A DNA stretch of 64,000 nucleotides from Octopus sinensis (lineage: Eukaryota). The stretch is from NCBI RefSeq assembly GCF_006345805.1, contig NC_043010.1, positions 17,360,001 through 17,424,000 of the forward strand, in the 5' to 3' direction. The position numbers were made by a program, and so were the translations under genes. Under the pieces are notes generated by a model. It did not search any database. It had not been told where the DNA came from and worked only from the letters and a program-made list of their open reading frames with translations. This document shows positions 23,796 through 33,315 of the stretch, in pieces; position 1 is the stretch's first letter; every line of letters starts with the position of its first letter.

Positions 23796-24458
23796 CAATA
23801 ACATCGAAAAATACCTTAAGAATGAGAACCCAGGTTCGAAATTTCCACCAAGACACCTGATGAAGGCTGGAGGGTATATCAGCCGATATGTTGTGTTAAC
23901 AACAAAGAAGATGAGGACAAAAGAATACCCTCCATCAGGCATTTGCCATATCCTGAACGCCTTACTTCCCTGGGCATGGACACATTGAAACTCCGACGTC
24001 TGGCAGCTGACTTGGCAGACACCCATAAAATTATCAACCATCGCACAAACAATAACTCTGAGCACCTCTTCAAACTCCACCCATCTAACACCCGTGGACA
24101 TATTTACAAAGTAAGAAAACAGCACAGCTCCCATGACTTCAGGAAACATTTTTTCACGCTGAGAGTTGCTGAAGCATGGAACAAACTGCCGGCATCGGTT
24201 GTTAGTTGTCGGAGCACTGCATCCTTCAAAACTTCCATGCTTCCTGAGATTCGCCAACACTACACTTGATTTTCTCCCCTCCATACACACACAAGCATGT
24301 ATCTGACTCATACACTGTTCACTTTCCAGACATTTCTACATTACTGCATGTACTTTATATGCACTTTCTGACAAGTTGTGGTGCACCTGAGCACTGTAAA
24401 CAATAATTTCATTATTATTATTAAATATCCGTCAAATGTAAATAAAGTAAATAATGTA
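23686..24458 (+). mobile_element. tRNA-headed SINE-like element with hammerhead-like 3' region, interrupted by a CR1 insertion
   Basis: Head ggcgtagtggttaagagcgc...gagttcgatt, then (AAT)n, then gacacCTGATGAaggctg..cagccgatatgttgtgtt (23852-23897). It resumes at 24423 (aaatatccgtcaaatgta). Confidence 0.7.
23922..24422 (+). mobile_element. 5'-truncated CR1-clade LINE 3' end
   Basis: YPERL..LG..TL..RR...DL....KI; TRGH..K..K....R.HFF..RV...WNKLP..VV...S...FK. 3' UTR ends in (ATT)n. Confidence 0.9.
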
Positions 24459-24573
24459 AAATCACACCTGAAGAGGCAGGGGAGACAACTCCGTAATTAA
24501 ATATTGACTACAGTGGGGGATGACTGACCTTGGGCAAGTATTGAGTGAATTCTTCATTAAATCTCATCAGCGT

Positions 24574-24900
24574 GAAGGCGCATCGCTTAGTGGTTAAGAT
24601 TTTAGTCTTACGATCGTATGGTCGGGAGTTGAATCCTTGGCGGCGTGTTGTGTCATTGAGCAAGACACTTTATTTCACGTTGCTTCGATCGACTGAGCTG
24701 GAAAGCAATGAGTAGTACCTGTATTTCAAAGGGCCAGCCTTGTCACACACTGTGTCATGTTGAATCTCTCCCAAGAACTACGTTAGGGGTGGGCGTGTGT
24801 GTGTGGAGTGCTCAGCCATTTGAACGTTAATTTCATGAACAGGCAGTTCCGTTCATCAGATCAGCTGGAACACTTATCGTCACAAGCGACCGAGGACCAG
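24574..24900 (+). mobile_element. tRNA-derived SINE (family 3, gtgtc.ttgagcaagacactt core)
   Basis: tRNA-like head and a core shared with 36530-36880 and 51760-52000 (both inverted). Confidence 0.75.
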
Positions 24901-25310
24901 TTAAACCACACCGGCGCAGTTTAGGGTTCGTTCAGTCGTCCAGAAAAGGTTGGCCAAAGTCCGTGGATCGCGGACGCAGTCATCGCTGAGAGAATTCAAA
25001 ATCTCAGCAACCTTCATTTTTTAAAGATATTATTCAAATGTTATTAAGGTTTAGATTTTTATTTAAAAAATTATAAATGATTATATTTTAAATGCAAAAG
25101 CAAATCATTCAGAAGGTAATTTAGTGAAAAATCAAAACAATTAGTGCAAACAATTTTATTGTTTCAAGGTTAACTTTTGTTAAGGGACATAACTCTAGCT
25201 GTACACTAACTTTGCTCTCAACTCGTTTATTGTAACGGCAAGGTCGAGAAACACCTTCCAGTCACAATTCTCTGGTTCACTCTAGCAACGACAACAACAA
25301 CAACAACAGC

Positions 25311-25341
<31 letters not shown>

Positions 25342-25861
25342 TAAATAACCGCTTCATTCAAGTTTTAGGGAAAACTCATCTATTTTGAGAAGAAAGGGTA
25401 AGTCAATTACATCCACTGGTTATATTGACTGGTACTTATATCAACTTCGAGACGGCGAAAGACAAAATCCACCTCGGCGGAACCTGTACTCTGAATGTAA
25501 AGAGCCGGAAGAAAACGCCGCTAAGCATTTTGTCCGACGCGCTAATGATTCTACCAGAATAATAAGCACACGTTAAGGAGGTGATAAAGGAAGGACTATT
25601 TAGGGAAGGTGTTGAATCCAAAAAGAGAAATAGGGAGAATGTGGAAATGAGGACATCAAGCTTTGAAAGAAACGAGTAGCTTCTCTCAGCATTTTTCAAG
25701 AACACCAGAAGATAAAGAACGACAAGTACAGCTGGCAACAGGAAATGATACGTTAACTGTTGTGTGAGTTGTTCTCCCCAGGACGCGTTGTGTTCTTGCA
25801 AGACACCAAAATCCGAATTGTGTATTCTAAATATTATCATGGATAAAAGGGAACGAATAAG

Positions 25862-26259
25862 TCTTTATATATAAAAGTGAGGTTGTGTGCTGTCTGTCTC
25901 CTACGATTTAGATTCCTAACCACTCCCACATTTTGCGTTGCAGTTTAACCAAAACCGGGTATCTTATAGTCGTGATTCATATCGAGCCATTCTGGGTATT
26001 AGCGCGCGTCTACGATGAGTCTACGATTTAAAAAAAAATTTACCATCAATTTTTCCCATTTTAATGCATTTTTGGCATATATAAGGGAAGTAACTCTCTA
26101 AAAATTTATTATTAAATCTCAGAACGTAAAAAGCTACAGTAACACCCCCCTCTCTTTGTGGTTAACCATATTGAGATGGCTATTATACTTTACATCTCTA
26201 AAAATGCTTATATAGTTATTTCCCTTACAAACCCGAGCAACGCCGGGCGATACTGCTAG
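25862..26259 (+). mobile_element. Non-autonomous Helitron (copy 2)
   Basis: 5' TC, 3' hairpin plus CTAG|T; near-identical to 18364-18761. Confidence 0.82.
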
Positions 26260-26495
26260 TTAATAAATAAACAAGAAAAATCCAACCACAAGCTGCTTTA
26301 CTGTTAACGTATTAAAGGTGTGAAATGTTGTTAGCAAATTGATTCTGATTCCAAAGAAAACCATTTTAGGAATCTTTATGAGAATAACACAGACTTTAAG
26401 ATCAACATCGAAGAATAAGATTTCATTGAAAAAATTTTTTTTAATGCAAAAAACAATCAGCGCTTAATCTTTCAGACAAACAATAATGTGATTTG

Positions 26496-26649
26496 CATTA
26501 TGTACAATTGGCGGATATTTGTCCTCATCTTGTTTGTTGTTAACACGATGTTTTGGCTGATATTCCCTCCAGCCTTCATCAGGTGTCTTGGGGAAATTTC
26601 GAACCTGGGTTCTCATTCCTAAGGTATTTTTCGATGTTGTTATTATTAC
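26496..26649 (-). mobile_element. Hammerhead-like repeat segment (same as the 3' part of 23686-24458) fused head-to-head to a PLE RT
   Basis: Minus strand (26587-26542) reads gacacCTGATGAaggctggagggaatatcagccaaaacatcgtgtt. It has no tRNA head and abuts the RT sequence at 26650. Confidence 0.8.
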
Positions 26650-27432
26650 TCGGAAAAACTGGCAAGCCTTATAAGTGATGTTAGTTACAGCAAAGTAAAG
26701 AAAGACCCTACTTTGAAAACAGAGAGGAAGTTGTCACAGCTCTCGATCAAAAACAAGGATCACTTTACACAAATGAAGTACAGACAACTGACTCAACACT
26801 ACAGTAAATTACCACACATGTACGGTCTTCCTAAGATTCACAAGGATGGTATTCCATTAAGACCTATAGTGAGCTGTAGAGTTTCAACATGCCATCCACA
26901 GATCCGCTTCTTTGTGGATATAATCAATCCATTAGCAGGAAAGCAACATCGTACGTGAAGAATTTCACCCACTTTACAGAATTGATCAAGGACACCCCCA
27001 TTGAATCCAACCAGTCGGTGAGTCTAGATGTGATAAGTCTGTTCACCAAAGTCCTAACAGGTGAAACACTATCGGTGATTCAAGAAAAACTAGTGACAGA
27101 CACCCATCTAAAAGAACGCACTAGTATACCAATAAGAAATTTGATGGAAATGTTGACCTTCTGTATAGAAACTACCTACTTCAGTATGAACACTGATATA
27201 TATCGACAAGAAGAGGGTTTAGCTATGGATTCGCCATTATCACCAATAATAGCCAATATATACATGGAATACTTTGAGAATTTGGCTTTAGGATCAACAC
27301 CACTAAATCCAACCCTATGGCTGCGATATGTTGATGACACCTTTATACTCTGGCCCCACCAGGAAGATGTCCAAGTGCTGTTAGATCATGTGAACTCAAT
27401 AAAGCCACCCACACAGTTCACAATGGAAAAAG
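26650..27432 (+). mobile_element. Penelope-like element RT, 5' part (5'-truncated, frameshifted)
   Basis: HMYGLPKIHKDGIPLRPIVS; VSLDVISLFTKV; QEEGLAMDSPLSPIIANIYME; WLRYVDDTF. Confidence 0.95.
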
Positions 27433-28067
27433 GTAGTGATACTATAACGGTGCGCGCGCGCGCACCGTCCATTTTCTATTTCGCGCGTGCGAGTGTTGGT
27501 GCCTTCACCAAGGCACAGAAAGGAAGGGCCCTCTCGCGCATGCGCGAACCACCGGAAGAACCCTTTTGCCTACGTGGCAGTTAGCGAGGCAAGGGAGCGT
27601 GAGCCTTAACAAAGAGGCAAGGGGGTCGTAGAACGTTTGACCACTAGCAGCAGTCAGGGGTGACTTTGAGACATGGCTATCGAAGGCAACGGTCACGTAT
27701 ATTCTCTCTCCGTCAGGACTTGATTCTAGCAGCAGTCGGCCGAATGCCTTTAACCAAATTGTTGCCGACCACATTCAACTTCCCTGTTCGACGCCATCTT
27801 GAACCCGTTCTGGTTTTAGCGGCTGAATATTGTAAATATTACAATCGATTAACTTTCAGCCTTGCGCGCCCCGAACCAAAGACATCAGATAACACACTTA
27901 TTGTTATTGTTACCAAGAAAGAGAATAAAGTAGTATATATATATTTTACGTCTGCGTCTTGTTGTTTCTGACTGGTAGAATTCTGGATTATTAAAGCAAC
28001 GGATAGTGATTGCTTTCTTGTACCCCGAAAGTACAAGAGAAGATATTCACTCACGAAGTTCGTTACA
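27433..28067 (+). repeat. 5' LTR (lacks the terminal T of TG)
   Basis: gtagtgatact...gttcgttaca; direct repeat of 29620-30254. Confidence 0.95.
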
Positions 28068-28068
28068 C

Positions 28069-28086
28069 TGGTGACCCCGACGTGAT
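28069..28086 (+). other. Primer-binding site complementary to the 3' 18 nt of tRNA-Trp
   Basis: TGGTGACCCCGACGTGAT, 1 nt after the LTR, is the reverse complement of the metazoan tRNA-Trp(CCA) 3' end (ATCACGTCGGGGTCACCA). Confidence 0.92.
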
Positions 28087-29606
28087 TCTGGTCTAAAACC
28101 AGAGATCACTTATCAACAAAGAAATCCAGTTTTTCTGCGAAGTCGGAACACGATTTAACTCTACGCATTCATCTTTCGACGATTTGTTTCCGGCCACCAC
28201 AAAAAGTTGTAGAAGGAGCCTCTTTCTTATTCTACAGCCATGATGACGGACGCCATCATCTATTCGATGCCTTTTCTCCACCTTCGTCATCATCATCGTC
28301 GTCTTTCTACTTCACGTCGTCGTTATCTTCGTCGCCATCATCACTAAGAACGATGTTGTCTCAAGTCCACTACAGTCGCCTTCCACCACCAACGTCGCCT
28401 TTCAACACCGTCGACCTCCACCAAAATGTACATAGCAACTCGCGGAAGTTTGGTCCACTTGCCATTTTGTGCATTAGCACACCAAGAATTCACAGCCCAG
28501 CACTATCTACGAGATTTCTTCTGTTCCAGTTAACCTGTCACAGCATTGAAGCCACAACCGCTACACGATATGTGTTCAATCGGCATCTGCATTTGTGATC
28601 TCAACATTCTGTTACAGAACGAACTGCTATTGTGCATCAGGCTATTACAGACTGGTAAATTAACTCTTGTCTGAAATGGCACATGAGAGACATTTTTCTA
28701 TGCGCTGTATTTTTTTATATTTTGCTCGCATTCACCTTGTATGTATTTTTGTCGCACACACGTACACACACATAAATGCTATCTCTCACATACATACGTC
28801 ACACATGCTTTTCTCGCTTGTTTCTTTTCCATGCTAAATTTGCCTTTTGTGGACACCCCTCATTTCTATAGACCCTAGGTCGGTCACGTATACATAGAGA
28901 GGGTTGTTTGTCCATTGTAACGCGCCAGCATGCCATACCTTTGTTCCTGTACGAACGAGGCATATAATCGCCCAACCACTGGCATATTCTTGCTGTTTTT
29001 TCGGTCTGGCAGCACTATTGCATTTCATGCGCCTTTTGCTTCGCACGTGTACTTGCCTTGTTTTTTTTGCAACACGTTTGCGGTAGCTTAGTTTTTTCCC
29101 GACTCATAGGACGTCGGATGTTCACATGCGCTGCGCCATGTTTAGGCGTAATTATTTTTCCCTGTTAGACCACTGTTGGTCACGTAATTAACAGAAAATT
29201 ATCTGTGTCGCGCATCACACCAGCATGTTTGCACTTTTGCCTTTTGTGTTACTAGCGAGCTTCTGTCAATTCCATTTCCTCTCCTGCAGCAATTGATTTA
29301 ACTGCTATTTTTCAGGATTAACCACCTTTAGAGAAGTTGGATTTAATTTCGCCTAGGTTCATTAACTGTGAGTTTTGCTTTCCCTCCGCTCCTTTCAGCG
29401 GAAGGGTTTATACTTTGTGACGTATACACTTTCATGCATGCACTCTTGATTTTTGCTCATTGAGTATTTTTTCTCTTTTTCCTTTAGTAAATTTCTTGTG
29501 TATGTTATAAATTTTGCCATTATATTATTGTGTGCTATTTGGTTATCTGGTGTCCACCTTGAGTTTTGCAGTCACTACAATAAGTTTCCTTTCGTGCGTA
29601 CGCACT

Positions 29607-29615
29607 GGAGGGGAG
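29607..29615 (+). other. Polypurine tract
   Basis: GGAGGGGAG, 3 nt before the TG of the 3' LTR. Confidence 0.8.
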
Positions 29616-29618
29616 CCT

Positions 29619-30254
29619 TGTAGTGATACTATAACGGTGCGCGCGCGCGCACCGTCCATTTTCTATTTCGCGCGTGCGAGTGTTGGTGCCTTCACCAAGG
29701 CACAGAAAGGAAGGGCCCTCTCGCGCATGCGCGAACCACCGGAAGAACCCTTTTGCCTACGTGGCAGTTAGCGAGGCAAGGGAGCGTGAGCCTTAACAAA
29801 GAGGCAAGGGGGTCGTAGAACGTTTGACCACTAGCAGCAGTCAGGGGTGACTTTGAGACATGGCTATCGAAGGCAACGGGCACGTATATTCTCTCTCCGT
29901 CAGGACTTGATTCTAGCAGCAGTCGGCCGAATGCCTTTAACCAAATTGTTGCCGACCACATTCAACTTCCCTATTCGACGCCATCTTGAACCCGTTCTGG
30001 TTTTAGCGGCTGAATATTGTAAATATTACAATCGATTAACTTTCAGCCTTGCGCGCCCCGAACCAAGGACATCAGATAACACACTTATTGTTATTGTTAC
30101 CAAGAAAGAGAATAAAGTAGTATATATATATTTTACGTCTGCGTCTTGTTGTTTCTGACTGGTAGAATTCTGGATTATTAAAGCAACGGATAGTGATTGC
30201 TTTCTTGTACCCCGAAAGTACAAGAGAAGATATTCACTCACGAAGTTCGTTACA
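29619..30254 (+). repeat. 3' LTR (TG...CA)
   Basis: tgtagtgatact...gttcgttaca, 636 bp. Confidence 0.95.
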
Positions 30255-30867
30255 ACCAATAATAGCCAATATATACATGGAATACTTTGAGAATTTGGCT
30301 TTAGGATCAACACCACTAAATCCAACCCTATGGCTGCGATATGTTGATGACACCTTTATACTCTGGCCCCACCAGGAAGATGTCCAAGTGCTGTTAGATC
30401 ATGTGAACTCAATAAAGCCACCCACACAGTTCACAATGGAAAAAGAAAAAGACAATCAGTTGGCATTCCTGAACGTATTAATAACACGCACCAAGTATGG
30501 ATTCAGGACATCCGTGTACCGTAAGCCGACCTTCACTGGATGATACCTCAACTTCAACTCCCACCATCTATACAGTGTAAAGAGAGGGATTGCTCAGTGC
30601 CTAAAACATCGAGCAATTAATATAAGTAGCGATCGTGATACCCACCACAAAGAAATGATCAAGCTCAGTAACAATCTATTAAGCAACAACTACCCGAAAA
30701 GCATACTCTCCACTCTAATTAGGAAGAAAAGAGATGATGAAACCGATAAACTGTCCACAGTCTGTCTACCCTATGTGAAAGGCCTTTCCGAAAAGATACA
30801 AAAGATATGCGGCCTATATGACATCAGGACAGTATTCAAAAGTAATACAGCACTTCGCAAACATTGA
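30255..30867 (+). mobile_element. Penelope-like element RT, 3' part (begins with a 191-bp duplicate of 27242-27432)
   Basis: YVDDTF; FTME.EKDNQLAFLNV; TSVYRKPTFTG*YLNFNSHH; LPYVKGLSEKIQKI...IRTVFKS. It ends before the GIY-YIG domain. Confidence 0.95.
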
Positions 30868-31169
30868 CAAATGCCAAGTTCTTAATTTTGTAAAGTGCTG
30901 AAACTAAAAATAACCAACCCGGATCACAACGCATGCTTAAAGTGCTTGTCCTCATCTTTTACTTGTTTCAGTCTTTAGACTGCGGCCATGCTGGGGCATC
31001 ATCTTGAAGACTTTTTCGTCGAATGAATCGAACCCAGCACTTTTTTTAAGACCTAGTACTTATTCTATCGACTCTCTTTTGCCGAACTGTTATGTTACGG
31101 GGGATTTAAACACACCAACACCGGTTGTCAAGCGGTGGGGGGGGGGCATAAGCACACACAACATATATA

Positions 31170-31212
<43 letters not shown>

Positions 31213-31220
31213 GGTTTGGA

Positions 31221-32047
31221 GGCAACGTTTCGGTTGTCGTAGCACAAGTTTCCGTCGATTTCCGTAAAAAACTTTTATTTTTTTACATAAGTAATGAGAG
31301 CGAAAGAGACTAAGAGGAAGCGATTTTATGACGAGGAAGTTTCTCTTTGAAGTGCGCGTGTGTGTGTTTGATGGGGTGTGGGAGACAGACAGTATGTTGT
31401 GTAAGTGAAGTGCTTCTGTTAGTGTGTGCGAAGAGACAGAGAGAGTAATGCGTGAAAGGGAGAGATAACTGATTTTTTACTCGGTGTATGTGTATATGTA
31501 TGTCTGCATGTATGTGTGTGTGTATGTATCTATGTGTGTGTGTGTATGTATGTGTGTGTGTACGTATCTATGTATGTGTGTGTGTGTATGTATGTATCTA
31601 TGTGTGTGTGTGTAAGTATGTGTGTGTATGTATGTATGTATGGCCGATTCATCGTAATTACGATAAATCGGCCATACATACATACATACACACACACATA
31701 CTTACACACACACACATACATAGATACATACATACATACATACATACACACACATACATGCATACATACATATACACATACACCGAGTAAAAAATCAGTT
31801 ATCTCTCTCTTTCACACATTACTCTCTCTGTCTCTTCGCACACACTAACAGAAGCACTTCACTTACACAACATACTGTCTGTCTCCCACACCCCATCAAA
31901 CACACACACGCGCACTTCAAAGAGAAACTTCCTCGTCATAAAATCGCTTCCTCTTAGTCTCTTTCGCTCTCATTACTTATGTAAAAAAATAAAAGTTTTT
32001 TTACGGAAATCGACGGAAACTTGTGCTACGACAACCGAAACATCGCC
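31221..32047. repeat. Spacer-less palindrome of about 830 bp with microsatellites inside both arms
   Basis: Centre atcgtaa|ttacgat at 31657/31658. Unique arm portions are near-identical; the (TATG/TG)n tracts differ in length. Confidence 0.93.
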
Positions 32048-32529
32048 GGTTTGGAGATGATGTACAGGTATTTTATATTAGAAGAAATGAGGTACTCAGA
32101 AATTCGGATGGTTTTATATTTACAGATATTTATTTGTATATTACATGTTTTTATACATCATATATTTTATACATCATATATATCATATATCATATATATT
32201 CTAGTGGAGTTGTCAAATTGAATTAAGTTCTTGGAGAAAATTTGACTATTTTTCAAAATGCCGATTTTTGCCAACTTTTTGGCAGATTCGTATTCTCCGT
32301 AGCCGAAAACGGGGTTTTGTGTAGAAAAAAAGGGCGTGTTTTGGGTTGGGAGGTGGGGTGGACAAAAGGAAGTCTTGCCAATAAAATTACAGAAGCTGCG
32401 TTTCGAGGTGAATTCAATTGCAATGTGACTTTCCGAGGTAGAAGGATAAAAGCCAAGGCTTATGTGCTAAACAATACCAATAATCATTTTGTTACGAGCT
32501 AGATGGACAAATTCCATCTCTGGGATTAA

Positions 32530-32750
32530 CCCATTAACCTCTATTGCAAAAACGAACAACTTTCTCACCTAGTCATCCCATCAACACCTTTGAACATGTC
32601 ACCAATTTCTCTTCCCAGGCACATCTTTTCTCTTCTAAGCTTAAATCCTTTTGTTCCAACAACTTCTTTCCTCAAACAACTGCTCTCTGGAACTCACAAT
32701 CATTATCTGGTTTCTTTCCGGCGTTTTTTGAATTTGTGAGTTCCTTTTCG
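32530..32750 (+). mobile_element. CR1/L2-group LINE C-terminal remnant
   Basis: SNNFFPQTTALWNS resembles the SFFPRT..LWNSLP terminus. Confidence 0.55.
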
Positions 32751-32918
32751 TTATAATCCCTTGCGCCCCACGGTGGTTTCAGACAAAACCATATCGAAAA
32801 AAAGAAAAAAATTCTCACTTCATAATGGTAAAATAAGATCCTGATTTTCTATTTCGAAGACCTTCAAAGCTTTCTGAAATTCTCTGTAATTTCAATGACA
32901 TTTAAATAGATTATTATT

Positions 32919-33315
32919 TTTACTCTTTTACTTGTTTCAGTCATTTGATTGCGGCCATGCTGGAGCACCGCCTTTAATTGAGCAAATAGACCCCAGGAGT
33001 TATTCTTTGTAAGCCTAGTACTTATTCTATCGGTCTCTTTTGCCGAACCTCTAAATTACGGGGTCGTAAAAACACCACCATCGGTTGTCAAATGACGTTG
33101 GGGAGACAATCACACACAAACATATACACGCATATATACATATACATATATACGACAGGCTTCTTTCAGTTTCCGTCTACCAAATCCACTCACAAGGCTT
33201 TGGTCGGTCCGAGGCTATAGTAGAAGGCACTTGCCCACGGTGCCACGCAGTGGGACTGAACCCGGATACATGTGGTTGGTAAGCAAGCTACTTACCACAC
33301 AGCCATTCCTGCGCC
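32919..33315 (-). mobile_element. Full-length SINE (family 1)
   Basis: Reverse-complement match to 19003-19369. Confidence 0.9.

Larger units (their letters stand above)
27433..30254 (+). mobile_element. Non-autonomous Ty3/gypsy-type LTR retroelement (about 2.8 kb), probably CsRN1/Kabuki-like
   Basis: Two about 636-bp LTRs with 3 substitutions seen, tRNA-Trp PBS, PPT, 1.55-kb interior with a decayed gag-like stretch and no pol. Confidence 0.93.

Noticed and set aside
27505-30325. Paired ORFs within the two LTRs (e.g. 27660-27971 / 29847-30158)
   Set aside because: They are duplicated only because the LTRs are; no protein motif. They were useful only for counting LTR differences.
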